Below, in pieces: positions 1 through 9,103 of a stretch of 64,000 nucleotides of DNA. The notes below the pieces were generated by a model that saw only the letters and a list, made by a program, of their open reading frames with translations, ran no database searches and was not told the origin of the DNA. The translations under genes were made by a program, and so were the position numbers. Every line of letters begins with the position of its first letter. The first letter of the stretch is position 1. The stretch comes from an uncultured Gammaproteobacteria bacterium (GTDB taxonomy: Bacteria; Patescibacteriota; Microgenomatia; Levybacterales; UBA12049). The stretch covers positions 401,313 to 465,312 of the forward strand of contig CAZDOJ010000001.1 of NCBI GenBank assembly GCA_964507055.1, written 5' to 3'.

Positions 1-623
1 ATGATGTCCCGGTTCTAAGTCTTCATCAAGCACTTCGATTTTTTTCTAGTACACGAATTCCAGAAATTACCCGGCTCTTTGAATTTGCAAACCTGCTCAA
101 GGTGCGTTTGGTAGTCTTACATATGAATTCTGCACAGAAACAGATTTTTGATCCAGAGTATATAGAAGCTCTGCATATACTTGAAGATAAGTACAAGATT
201 AAAGTAACATTTGAAAATATGGAAAAGCATATAGGTTCACTTTTCTATGAACATCGATGGCATGATGTAAAGTTCTCAGAATTGGTTTATAAAACTAATT
301 TCCATATTACATTGGATACAGTGCATTTGGCACATTCAGGTGGAGATATCATCAAATTTTATAAAAAGTATAAAGATAGGATCATTAATATCCACTTGAG
401 TGATTATAAACATCATTTGTTTAATAGTAGTCTTCGTCCCCTTCGATACAAGCATATGCCTTTGGGTGAAGGAGAATTACCAATTGACGATTTCCTTAAA
501 ACTTTGAAAAAAGAAGGATATGATGGGTTGGTAACAATGGAAATTCATGGAAACCTCCATGATATATGTGAGGGTGCAAAGCAAATTAATAAAGCAAAAG
601 GGCATACTTTTAAACTCTTCTAG
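1..623 (+). CDS. sugar phosphate isomerase/epimerase-like (xylose-isomerase-type TIM barrel), 5'-truncated by window edge
   Basis: The frame is open from nt 3 through the annotated GTG at 102, so the gene starts upstream of the window. The C-terminal portion (HLAHSGGD, IHLSDY, TMEIHG) resembles AP-endonuclease-2/xylose-isomerase-like TIM barrels. Confidence 0.5.
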   Translation, partial: DVPVLSLHQALRFFSSTRIPEITRLFEFANLLKVRLVVLHMNSAQKQIFDPEYIEALHILEDKYKIKVTFENMEKHIGSLFYEHRWHDVKFSELVYKTNFHITLDTVHLAHSGGDIIKFYKKYKDRIINIHLSDYKHHLFNSSLRPLRYKHMPLGEGELPIDDFLKTLKKEGYDGLVTMEIHGNLHDICEGAKQINKAKGHTFKLF

Positions 624-762
624 ACTAAAAGCTGTATTTGATTGATATATTTTGCCACAGAATGATACAACTATAGGTTTAATTAGTCATTGCTATTTCA
701 CCTGTAAAATGATATTATAGATCCAGGTAGACCGCCTACGGGCGGTTTCTTTCTGTTTACAC

Positions 763-2580
763 ATGAATAAACTACGAAATATCGGTATTATAGCCCATGT
801 TGACCACGGTAAGACAACTTTGGTTGATGCTTTGTTGCGTCAATCTCAAACAAAACTCAATAAAGAGGCAGCTGGTGGAGACCTTATCATGGATAGCAAC
901 GAACTTGAGAGAGAACGAGGTATAACTATTTTTTCAAAGAACGCATCAGTTATGTGGGGCGACACCAAGATTAATATCATTGATACCCCAGGGCACGCAG
1001 ATTTCGGTGGTGAAGTAGAACGTGTTCTTTCGATGGCAGATGGATGCTTGCTCCTTGTTGATGCAAAAGAAGGACCGATGCCGCAAACACGTTTCGTGCT
1101 AAAGAAAGCACTCGAAAAGAAGATTAAGATCATCGTTGTTGTTAATAAGATAGACAAACCTGATGCTCGAATTCACCATGTACTTGATAAAACACTCGAT
1201 CTTTTCATCGAACTTGGTGCAGATGATGATACTGCAGACTTCCCTATTGTCTATGCTTCAGCAAAAGCTGGAAAAGCTGGACTTGAGCCTGATCTTGATG
1301 CAATGACAGATATCAATCCAATTTTTGATGCAATCATGCAACACATTCCCGCACCAACAGGCGATCCAGAAGCACCACTACAACTTCTTATGACGACTCT
1401 TGCACGTGATGATTATAAGGGAAGAATCGCTATCGGAAGAATTTACAATGGTACTATCAAAGCAGGACAGGAAGTTATGCATATTAATCGTGATGGCGAA
1501 CTGAAAAGAAATCGCTTAACATCACTGATGACATTTGAAGGTTTGGGACGTATGGATGCACAAGAAGTTGGTGCTGGAGATATTGTCGCTATTTCAGGTA
1601 TCCCTGATATCACTATTGGAGAAACGATCGCTGATCCCGCAAATCCAGTTGCAATGCCTCTCCTTGCAATCGAAGAACCTACTGTAAAGATGGCATTTAG
1701 CGTCAACGATTCACCATTTGCTGGACAAGAAGGTGAATTTAAAACTTCTAGACAAATCCGTGAACGATTGATGAAGGAGCTTGAAACAGACACAGCACTT
1801 CGTGTTGAAGATACAGAAGATGGTAAATGGATGGTAAGTGGACGTGGAGAATTGCATTTGGCAATTTTAATTGAACGTATGCGTCGTGAAGGATACGAAT
1901 TTGCAGTTGCACGACCACAAGTTATTGAAAAAATGATGGATGGCAAAAAAGTTGCACCTTTTGAACGAGTATTCCTCGAAGCTCCGCAAGATTATTCTGG
2001 AATCGTTATGCAAAAGATGGGTGCACGAAAAGCAATCCTTGAAGATATGACAACCGATGATAATGGCATAGTTTATTTCGAATTCGTTATGCCAACAAGC
2101 GCACTTTTTGGTTATAGAAGTGAATTTATCACTGATACTCGTGGTCTTGGTATTATCAATACTAATTTTGATAGATTTGATGAAGACAAAGGTGATCCGA
2201 TTAAGCGTGAACGAGGTTCACTTACCGCAAGTGAAAATGGTCAATCAAATCTTTATGGCTTAACAAACATCCAAGAACGTGGGACACTTTTTATCGGTCC
2301 TGGAATCCAAGTGTATAAAGGACAAGTTGTTGGAGAAAATTCACGACCAGAAGATATGTCAGTCAATGTTACCAAAGCGAAAGCACTTTCCAACATGCGT
2401 TCAAAAGGTGATGGCGGTATGGAGCATTTTAATGTGCCAAAGGTTATGGATCTTGAAGAATCACTCGAATTTGTAAATGATGATGAATTGGTTGAAGTTA
2501 CTCCAAAGAGTGTTAGAATCAGAAAGAAGATTCTTGATGAAGCACTCGCACGAAGAATGAAGTCACAAGGTCTCCTCTAA
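763..2580 (+). CDS. typA: translational GTPase TypA/BipA
   Basis: N-terminus IGIIAHVDHGKTTLVDALL shows G1, followed by DTPGHADFGGEVER and NKID motifs; the 605-aa length and EF-G-like C-terminus are typical of BipA. Confidence 0.93.
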   Translation: MNKLRNIGIIAHVDHGKTTLVDALLRQSQTKLNKEAAGGDLIMDSNELERERGITIFSKNASVMWGDTKINIIDTPGHADFGGEVERVLSMADGCLLLVDAKEGPMPQTRFVLKKALEKKIKIIVVVNKIDKPDARIHHVLDKTLDLFIELGADDDTADFPIVYASAKAGKAGLEPDLDAMTDINPIFDAIMQHIPAPTGDPEAPLQLLMTTLARDDYKGRIAIGRIYNGTIKAGQEVMHINRDGELKRNRLTSLMTFEGLGRMDAQEVGAGDIVAISGIPDITIGETIADPANPVAMPLLAIEEPTVKMAFSVNDSPFAGQEGEFKTSRQIRERLMKELETDTALRVEDTEDGKWMVSGRGELHLAILIERMRREGYEFAVARPQVIEKMMDGKKVAPFERVFLEAPQDYSGIVMQKMGARKAILEDMTTDDNGIVYFEFVMPTSALFGYRSEFITDTRGLGIINTNFDRFDEDKGDPIKRERGSLTASENGQSNLYGLTNIQERGTLFIGPGIQVYKGQVVGENSRPEDMSVNVTKAKALSNMRSKGDGGMEHFNVPKVMDLEESLEFVNDDELVEVTPKSVRIRKKILDEALARRMKSQGLL

Positions 2581-2581
2581 A

Positions 2582-3208
2582 CTACTTGTCAGGACAAAGA
2601 TCACCCAATGGACAATCTTTACAGTCATGTGGTCTTGCTGTACAGAAATGTCTTCCGTGAAGGATTAATCGTGCGGGAAAATCAATCCATAATTCCTTAG
2701 GAACAATTTTCATCAAATCCTGTTCAATCTTAACTGGGTCCTTTTGTGTGGTGAAGCCAAGTTTATTGGACATACGGATCATGTGTGTATCAATGACAAT
2801 ACCTTCTGGCTTATGGAATGCTTGTCCAAGAACGACGTTTGCAGTTTTACGAGCAACACCAGGTAAAGCATCAAGGTCCTCCATATTGTCAGGCACTTCG
2901 CCACCATGTTTTTCTACAATCATCTGTGCTGCTGCTTTAATATTTTTTGCTTTGTTCCCTGCGAAATTAACACCTTTGATGAGATTATAAATATCTTCGA
3001 CATCAGCATTTGCAAAATCTTTTGGTGTAGGATACTTTTTAAATAAAGCTGGTGTTAATGTATTTACAAGCTTATCGGTCGTTTGTGCGGCCATCATCGT
3101 CGCAATGAGAATTTCCAAGGGAGATTTGAAATCAAGTTCTATCTTTGGCTTTGGATAGATCTTTTCGAGGCGTTTATTTACTTCCAGCACCTTTTCTTCA
3201 AGTGTCAT
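2582..3208 (-). CDS. nth: endonuclease III (DNA glycosylase/AP lyase)
   Basis: HhH-GPD region (LPGVARKTANVVL) and C-terminal 4Fe-4S cluster motif CxxxxxxCxxCxxxxxC (CTARPHDCKDCPLGDLC). The start is placed at the internal ATG at 3208; the 88-aa Cys-rich extension of the raw ORF overlaps the neighbouring promoter and is rejected. Confidence 0.85.
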   Translation of the reverse strand: MTLEEKVLEVNKRLEKIYPKPKIELDFKSPLEILIATMMAAQTTDKLVNTLTPALFKKYPTPKDFANADVEDIYNLIKGVNFAGNKAKNIKAAAQMIVEKHGGEVPDNMEDLDALPGVARKTANVVLGQAFHKPEGIVIDTHMIRMSNKLGFTTQKDPVKIEQDLMKIVPKELWIDFPARLILHGRHFCTARPHDCKDCPLGDLCPDK

Positions 3209-3245
3209 GAACCGATTATAGCAACAAAACTTCTGTGTTACCAGT

Positions 3246-3274
3246 TTGACTTTAGCCTCAAATAAGCTTATAAT
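3246..3274 (+). promoter_or_regulatory. sigma70-like promoter (TTGACT-17-TATAAT) for the 3284 gene
   Basis: TTGACT at 3246-3251, a 17-nt spacer, and TATAAT at 3269-3274; the spacer contains the recurrent TTAGCCTCAAA 11-mer. Confidence 0.5.
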
Positions 3275-3283
3275 GTTTATCTT

Positions 3284-3811
3284 ATGGCTAGACTTGAATT
3301 TGAAACACATACAGAACTTCCTGGACGACTCCCAGTAATGGAAAGTAACGCACGCAAACTCGGTATGACTGATGCCGCAACTACAATTGCAGAAGAATCT
3401 CAAGCAATTTCTGGGCTTCAAGGTGATGAAATCTTGGCATTGCCACGTCAACACGATGACCCACAAGCACATATTCGTTACGCCGTTCGCTCATTAGGCT
3501 TTTGGGAAACAGCAGGAGCAATAGGTGCAATACGATTAACAGATCCAAAACTCGATGTAACTACACCAGAAGGCTTACAAAGCTTAACAGCTGTTGAAGC
3601 ACTTGTGACCGGTATCGATAACTCAAAAAGAGTAAAAAGAAACGGTAAAGTTTTCTCAACAGAAGAACAACCGCTCCCTTCGTCTTTGCCTGAAACGAAT
3701 GCTATCGGCCAAGGCAATGCGATATTGATATTTGATCCAAGTCGAAGAGCTGCTCAACCTTCTGGACCTGATAAAGCTCCACGAGTATTTCCAGGTCAAG
3801 GCCGCAGATAA
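3284..3811 (+). CDS. hypothetical protein
   Basis: 175-aa ORF directly downstream of a consensus promoter, with no recognizable domain. Its 3' end overlaps the alternative start of the next ORF. Confidence 0.45.
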   Translation: MARLEFETHTELPGRLPVMESNARKLGMTDAATTIAEESQAISGLQGDEILALPRQHDDPQAHIRYAVRSLGFWETAGAIGAIRLTDPKLDVTTPEGLQSLTAVEALVTGIDNSKRVKRNGKVFSTEEQPLPSSLPETNAIGQGNAILIFDPSRRAAQPSGPDKAPRVFPGQGRR

Positions 3812-3827
3812 TACGTCCTCATTTATT

Positions 3828-4361
3828 ATGACTGAACATGAAGCAAAAAGAATAGTTTCTGCTGAAGAAAATGGTGTTGTAACCGGTGCTTCTTTGATGG
3901 AAAGAATGGAATCAAACGCTAAGAGTTCTATTTTTCCGGAAATAGAGGAAGTACTTGCACAGCGAAAAAAACAATCAGGTGGATCAAAAATAAATGTTGA
4001 TGTCCCGGGATTTTCACATGTAGATCATGCCGTAGAACAAGTTATGTTATTTGAAGATCCAAATGTAACAGATGCGAGAATCCCCTCGTCATTGCTCCAG
4101 ACACCTTTGCCAAGTGAAGCAGAATCTACAGACGGTGTTGTATTCCGGGGGCCAATGGATATCGCGGACGAACGGGTACAAAAAAGAATCAATCATATTT
4201 TCGCACTTATTGGAGCTACTCGAAATGTTACTCCCCCAAAGCAAGAAGCATACCAAGTGCTGGAGTTAGAATCAAAAACCACCTTAGCTCCAGACATTTT
4301 TCTCATTGAAGAACGCTCTAAAAGAACAATTGCGTTGCGTTTACAACGTAAAATTACATAA
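3828..4361 (+). CDS. hypothetical protein (alternative upstream start 3732 would overlap the preceding gene)
   Basis: The ORF is open from 3732; the first ATG that does not overlap the upstream gene is at 3828 (MTEHEAK...). No recognizable domain. Confidence 0.4.
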   Translation: MTEHEAKRIVSAEENGVVTGASLMERMESNAKSSIFPEIEEVLAQRKKQSGGSKINVDVPGFSHVDHAVEQVMLFEDPNVTDARIPSSLLQTPLPSEAESTDGVVFRGPMDIADERVQKRINHIFALIGATRNVTPPKQEAYQVLELESKTTLAPDIFLIEERSKRTIALRLQRKIT

Positions 4362-4413
4362 TCATATTTTCCCCTCTTGCTTTTAACTCCTTATTTTTTG
4401 TATAGTAATTGTT

Positions 4414-4908
4414 ATGACATTTATTGACGAGCAAGATGATCAAGTAATAGTTGCAGAAGAAATTGATGAGGCAACAGATTCATCTTCAGATGATTCATTT
4501 TCTCAGCAAGCTTCAGGTGCAGCAACTATGCTTAATCTCGAAGAATTAATTAAAAACCACATTGATTCTATTGATAAACTCAAAGAAGAACTCAAAACAA
4601 CTCGTGAAATGTTTGAAGATTCTTTTAATAACAACCCTACATACAAAGAACATGTTGATCAGGTAAAAGATGTACAGCGAGCAAAGAATTCTGTTCGATC
4701 ACAAATTGCCAAACAACCATCTGTCGCGACACTTGAGCAAAAAGTAAAAGATGTTCGTTTTGATATAAGCGAAAAAAGTAAAACACTTTCAGACTTATTG
4801 CAAGATTATAAAGAACAGACAGGGGCAACATCAATTGAAACTCGAAACGGCCAAGTTCTTGAGATTGTAAGTACTTCAAAATTGGTCCGCAGTAAAGGTG
4901 CTAAGTAA
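4414..4908 (+). CDS. hypothetical acidic coiled-coil protein
   Basis: 164-aa ORF with an acidic N-terminus (DEATDSSSDD) and a Lys/Glu-rich, probably helical body. No recognizable domain. Confidence 0.45.
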   Translation: MTFIDEQDDQVIVAEEIDEATDSSSDDSFSQQASGAATMLNLEELIKNHIDSIDKLKEELKTTREMFEDSFNNNPTYKEHVDQVKDVQRAKNSVRSQIAKQPSVATLEQKVKDVRFDISEKSKTLSDLLQDYKEQTGATSIETRNGQVLEIVSTSKLVRSKGAK

Positions 4909-4913
4909 GCTTC

Positions 4914-5534
4914 ATGTCTTGGAAGCCACAATCTCCTCCGTTTAAGGATTTTAAGAAAAAGGTATTTATCAATGCTGCTGCTGTTTCTGCATTTATTTAC
5001 CAAATAGGCGAATCAGAAGCGTTACGTCAGCCATCAAAAGAAGTTCCACTTGAAGAAATACAATCAAAAGACTTTCAAGCAAAGATACAATTTGTTAAAG
5101 ATTGTTTACTCAAATACCGCCAACTCACTGGATACGGTCGAGGAATAACAGGAGTGCAAGCTGGAATTCCAGAACGATTCTCAATTATTTATACTGCAGA
5201 AACACTGCTTACGATAATAAATCCGACGATTACCAAACGATCTTCAACACTTTTAAGTTATCCTGAAATCTGCATGAGTGCAAATCCTATTATAGTTCCT
5301 ACTACCAGACCTGCCTGGATCGAATGTACATATTTTGATGTGAAAGGACAAAGACAATACTGGAAAACAAAGGATGATACCAATGCTGGTAAAATTATGA
5401 ATCGGGTTTTACAGCATGAAATTGACCATATGGAAGGTGTTATAAATATTGATCTTGTACAAGATGCAAGAAAACTCATACTAGAATCTGATCCAACATT
5501 TTATGAAAATGCTCACTTTGAAAAAGTAAAGTAA
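4914..5534 (+). CDS. def: peptide deformylase-like protein
   Basis: The three Def motifs are present in divergent form: GRGITGVQAG (G-x-G-x-AA-x-Q-like), EICMS (EGCLS-like) and QHEIDHMEG (HExxH metal site). It carries an N-terminal extension of about 30 aa. Confidence 0.65.
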   Translation: MSWKPQSPPFKDFKKKVFINAAAVSAFIYQIGESEALRQPSKEVPLEEIQSKDFQAKIQFVKDCLLKYRQLTGYGRGITGVQAGIPERFSIIYTAETLLTIINPTITKRSSTLLSYPEICMSANPIIVPTTRPAWIECTYFDVKGQRQYWKTKDDTNAGKIMNRVLQHEIDHMEGVINIDLVQDARKLILESDPTFYENAHFEKVK

Positions 5535-5560
5535 ACCTGAAGATATGGTATACTTTTTCC

Positions 5561-7027
5561 ATGAAGTTCATCAATAAAATACTCCCGCTTCTTCCCTTTC
5601 TCTTTGTCTTTATATTTTCACTTTATATCCCGACTGACCCAGATCTTGGATGGCATTTAAAATACGGCGAATATTTTTTCCAACATGGATCTATTCTTCG
5701 AGATAATATCTTTTCATCAATGATGCCTAATTATCACTGGGCAAATACCTCTTGGTTAACCGATATTCTCACCTATGCTGTATATCATTTAGGTGGATTC
5801 TTCGGTATTTCACTTTTAGGATCCTTCATTGTTGCACTTACTTTTTATTTTTTTTCAAAAGTGGCAAAGTTGCAAACATGGGATCAACTCTTTCTTTTCC
5901 CACTGATTCTTTATTTGGTGCAACCACTAAACGCAGTATCTTTTCGAGGACAACAAGTTTCAATGCTGTTTATTGGAATGTTATTCTACGTACTTAGTTT
6001 TTACCCACAAAAGAAAAAAGTAATGTACCTTTCCATTCCATTATTTCTTTTATGGGCAAATCTACATGGACAATTTATTTTGGGACTTGGACTATTTGCG
6101 ATATGGATTATTTTATTTATTGCTCAACATACTATTCTATCAACAAGGGATTCTAAGAAAAATATTTTAATAGCATTGGGAAATGGTTTGAAACAAGCAC
6201 AAACTGCAATTATAATCTTTGTTGTAAGTTTGCTTGCGACATTTATTAATCCTTTTGGCTGGGGTATTCATACAGCTGCAATCTCTCATGTGGGCAGTCC
6301 ATTATTACAGTACATTGCAGAATATCTTCCGTTTGAGATCTTGTCTGTTCCATGGTGGAATCAGGTTATTGCTGGATTATTATTATTTGTCTGCTTTGTT
6401 GCCCTTTTCTTTGGCGATAAAGTACGACAAAATTTACCTTTGCTTGGCTCTGGTTTGGCACTTTTTATTCTATCGTTTGGTGTACGAAGATATGCTTGGC
6501 CAGCATATTATTTAATCCTTCCACTGCTTACTCCGCTTTCTGCGTATCTAAAACCAGATAATAAAAAACTTACAAATATCCTTAGTACAGTATTTTTATT
6601 AATTCTCATCGCAATTGCTTTGGTTTCTAAATATCCTTTTACTAATTTCACAAACTACAATTGGCAATCCTATTGCAAAGAAACGAAATGTTCTCCATTT
6701 GCGGCAGACTATTTAGTTGAACGTAAGCTTACTGACAATGTCTATACGCTGTACGGTTGGGGTGGATGGCTCATTTGGAACTATCCTCAACTCAAACCAT
6801 CAATTGATGGACGTATGCACTTATGGCATGAGAACGGATATAGTGCTTTTGAGGACTACTATGCTGTTGAACAAAATAATAAAGATATTGATCAGACCAA
6901 ATATAATACAGTTCTTATATCTCCCGATAAGCCTGTCTATGAGAGGTTAATCAAATTAGAAAATGCTGGTAAATGGAAAATGATTTACAACGATCCTAAT
7001 GCTTCAATTTTTGTACGTGTTAACTAA
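5561..7027 (+). CDS. polytopic membrane protein, possible GT-C-fold glycosyltransferase
   Basis: More than 10 predicted TM helices, an early loop PTDPDLGWHLKYGE, and a C-terminal soluble domain; this architecture is typical of lipid-linked-sugar transferases. Confidence 0.4.
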   Translation: MKFINKILPLLPFLFVFIFSLYIPTDPDLGWHLKYGEYFFQHGSILRDNIFSSMMPNYHWANTSWLTDILTYAVYHLGGFFGISLLGSFIVALTFYFFSKVAKLQTWDQLFLFPLILYLVQPLNAVSFRGQQVSMLFIGMLFYVLSFYPQKKKVMYLSIPLFLLWANLHGQFILGLGLFAIWIILFIAQHTILSTRDSKKNILIALGNGLKQAQTAIIIFVVSLLATFINPFGWGIHTAAISHVGSPLLQYIAEYLPFEILSVPWWNQVIAGLLLFVCFVALFFGDKVRQNLPLLGSGLALFILSFGVRRYAWPAYYLILPLLTPLSAYLKPDNKKLTNILSTVFLLILIAIALVSKYPFTNFTNYNWQSYCKETKCSPFAADYLVERKLTDNVYTLYGWGGWLIWNYPQLKPSIDGRMHLWHENGYSAFEDYYAVEQNNKDIDQTKYNTVLISPDKPVYERLIKLENAGKWKMIYNDPNASIFVRVN

Positions 7028-7143
7028 TACTTTACTCAAGCCCTTCATTATGGTATCTTAGAGATATGATTAACGTAAATAATTCAGTTTGTTGTTGTGC
7101 ACCTCTCTCGTAGGGAGTTCGCACCGTGTTTTTAATTTTGCGA

Positions 7144-7167
7144 CCTCCCTCGATGGGAGGTTTTTTT
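7144..7167 (+). terminator. intrinsic terminator (CCTCCC-TCGAT-GGGAGG + T7); a degenerate upstream copy lies at 7101-7140
   Basis: Perfect 6-bp GC-rich stem followed by TTTTTTT, downstream of the gene ending at 7027. Confidence 0.7.
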
Positions 7168-7180
7168 GTGGTTTAAAAGT

Positions 7181-7924
7181 ATGAAAGAATTTGAAATTAG
7201 ATCAAAAGTTATTAATTCTGAAAAGAAGAAATTACCCCAAGTAATGTTTTTAGGTGGGCATACAGATGATGACGCGATGTTTAAGTTGTCGACTGAGCTA
7301 GGTAAAAGAAATATTGGAGTAACGATTGCAACACTTACCAATAGCGATGGCAGAAACCTTCCTCAGTATCAGCCAGAGGAACTTGCACAGGTGCGTTGGG
7401 ATGAAGCAATAAGTTCTGCACAAATGGGTGGGATTACAGAAGTACGCAGGATAGAAATCCAAGACGGTCATTTAGAGAACTATTTACAAGAAGGTATATC
7501 CTTTGCAGGAGATCTAGTTGACGAAGTAAATCCTATTGCGGTTGTGACCCCACATGCATTAGATCCTCATAAAGACCATGAGTCGGCATATAGAATAGGA
7601 TCTGCGATTGTTGGAGTGAGAACGCCTCACTACATGACTGATACAATAACAGGATTTAGTAGACATGGCAAATTACTTACGCCAGATTTTTATATTCCTA
7701 TTTCTGAAGATAGTGCTCAGGCAGAAAAAGCCATCTATTTAGCAAATACTAGTCAGGTTACAGATCTTCCAGATGATGAAATGGCTGATGTCGTGGCAGT
7801 GCTAGAAATGACTGAGCGTAGAGGAAAAACAATCAATGTGCCGCACGCTGCAGTACTATTTGAGGTAAATGTTCAAAAGAGTAATCCGTTATACGAACTT
7901 TTTGAAGATAGGATTGCTGCTTAA
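7181..7924 (+). CDS. PIG-L/LmbE-family deacetylase
   Basis: GGHTDDDAMF (HPDDE-like metal site) and HALDPHKDHES (HxDH) motifs. The start is placed at the ATG at 7181, after the terminator that overlaps the raw ORF start. Confidence 0.55.
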   Translation: MKEFEIRSKVINSEKKKLPQVMFLGGHTDDDAMFKLSTELGKRNIGVTIATLTNSDGRNLPQYQPEELAQVRWDEAISSAQMGGITEVRRIEIQDGHLENYLQEGISFAGDLVDEVNPIAVVTPHALDPHKDHESAYRIGSAIVGVRTPHYMTDTITGFSRHGKLLTPDFYIPISEDSAQAEKAIYLANTSQVTDLPDDEMADVVAVLEMTERRGKTINVPHAAVLFEVNVQKSNPLYELFEDRIAA

Positions 7925-8445
7925 AATACTTCCGGATGAAGAAATCTCCCTAGTGCACAAAATACAGCATCTTCATAAGCTCTTGTTCTCGTAATCGCAT
8001 CGTTTGTCATAAGGCCAAAATGACCATTGGCATGTTTAGAATTACTTTTTTTGAAAACAATATCATTTGCATGCCCCATTTCAACTCCACTCAAAATAAT
8101 CTCTAAAATTTTTGGTGGTACAGACATACTAATACTTGATCCCCTCCCCACAACTTGATCTTTATCAACGACTACTGCCCAACCACTAGTGAACCATTCA
8201 TCACCAATTTTTTGCATCCCTCCTTCTATTCCTACACCATAGTCTGCATCCAACTTCTTTAAAGCTCTTTTTGCTCTATTAGTGGAACCACGAATACTTT
8301 GTTTGTCACTCATTGGTTGATCAGGAACTCCGGATAGTACAGAAACTCCTTCTACTTCCCACTTTATTTTAGGAAATATTTTTTCAAAAGCAGATTTTAC
8401 TGCATTAATTTTTGTGGGATTAAGAGAGCCTACTGCGACTTTCAT
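7921..8445 (-). CDS. yjjX: inosine/xanthosine triphosphatase (YjjX/Maf-Ham1-like non-canonical NTPase)
   Basis: The N-terminus MKVAVGSLNPTKINAV, the ~174-aa length and a conserved acidic core are typical of the DUF84/YjjX family. Confidence 0.75.
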   Translation of the reverse strand: MKVAVGSLNPTKINAVKSAFEKIFPKIKWEVEGVSVLSGVPDQPMSDKQSIRGSTNRAKRALKKLDADYGVGIEGGMQKIGDEWFTSGWAVVVDKDQVVGRGSSISMSVPPKILEIILSGVEMGHANDIVFKKSNSKHANGHFGLMTNDAITRTRAYEDAVFCALGRFLHPEVF

Positions 8446-8450
8446 GAAGT

Positions 8451-9101
8451 TTATTTAGCGAGTGCTGCGTCAATTTTTTCTTTGAATTCATTGTATGGAA
8501 GGCCACCTTCTTGTTTCACTCCATTGATGAAAAATGTTGGTGTAGAATTGACTCCGACTGCGTAACCATCGCTTACATCTTTTTCGATTTTCTTAGCATA
8601 CTTCTTTCCTTCAACATCTGATTTGAATTTTGCTTCATCAAGCTTTAACTCTTTTGCATATTGAGTAAATTGGTCCAATGGATTTTTACTGTTTTCCCAT
8701 TCTTTTTGATTAGTGAAGAGCAAGTTATGCATCTCGAAGAACTTACCTTGAGCTCCAGCTGCTTCTGCCGCTTCTGCTGCCATTGGTGCATTTGGATGCA
8801 TAGGCAATGGGAAATTACGGAATACAAAAGTAACTTTCCCTTGATACTCTCTGAGGATTTGTGCAACAACTGGATGAGCAGCACCACATGCAGGACATTG
8901 AAAATCTCCGAATTCTACGATAGTAACCTTGTTTGTTTTTGCACCTTCTACATGGCTATCTGAGCGAACGAGGGCTTCTGTATTTGCGATTGGGGCTGCA
9001 TCTTCCGAAGGACTTTTGCCGCCAACGATGACTGATGCACCGATAACAATTGCTATTGTTGCGATACTTATTCCGATGAGTACTTTTGCTTCGTTAGACA
9101 T
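8451..9101 (-). CDS. DsbA/BdbD-family thiol:disulfide oxidoreductase (membrane anchored)
   Basis: N-terminal TM helix and a thioredoxin-fold CPAC active site (FGDFQCPACGAAHP), with the DsbA-like C-terminus TPTFFINGV. Confidence 0.8.
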   Translation of the reverse strand: MSNEAKVLIGISIATIAIVIGASVIVGGKSPSEDAAPIANTEALVRSDSHVEGAKTNKVTIVEFGDFQCPACGAAHPVVAQILREYQGKVTFVFRNFPLPMHPNAPMAAEAAEAAGAQGKFFEMHNLLFTNQKEWENSKNPLDQFTQYAKELKLDEAKFKSDVEGKKYAKKIEKDVSDGYAVGVNSTPTFFINGVKQEGGLPYNEFKEKIDAALAK

Positions 9102-9103
9102 AT

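Noticed and set aside
102-104. GTG at 102 as the start of the first gene.
   Set aside because: The frame is open back to nt 3 without a stop, and 173 aa is too short for a complete TIM-barrel isomerase. The feature is treated as 5'-partial instead.
846-1946. Antisense ORFs inside typA (846-1157, 1443-1946).
   Set aside because: They are shadow ORFs within a highly conserved coding gene and have low-complexity Ser/Ile-rich products.
2582-3472. The 296-aa ORF extends the endonuclease III gene by an 88-aa Cys/Phe-rich N-terminus.
   Set aside because: The extension has no similarity to Nth and overlaps the consensus promoter and start of the divergent 3284 gene. The internal ATG at 3208 gives a normal-length Nth.
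5752-6950. Internal + strand ORFs (5752-5997, 6234-6515, 6717-6950) within the 5561-7027 membrane protein gene.
   Set aside because: They are alternative-frame ORFs inside a long continuous TM-rich reading frame.
7100-7170. A possible tRNA or ncRNA suggested by the GGGAGTTCGCACC-like sequence.
   Set aside because: There is no cloverleaf: no GTTCGAATC T-loop and no acceptor stem. The region is better explained as a tandem terminator.
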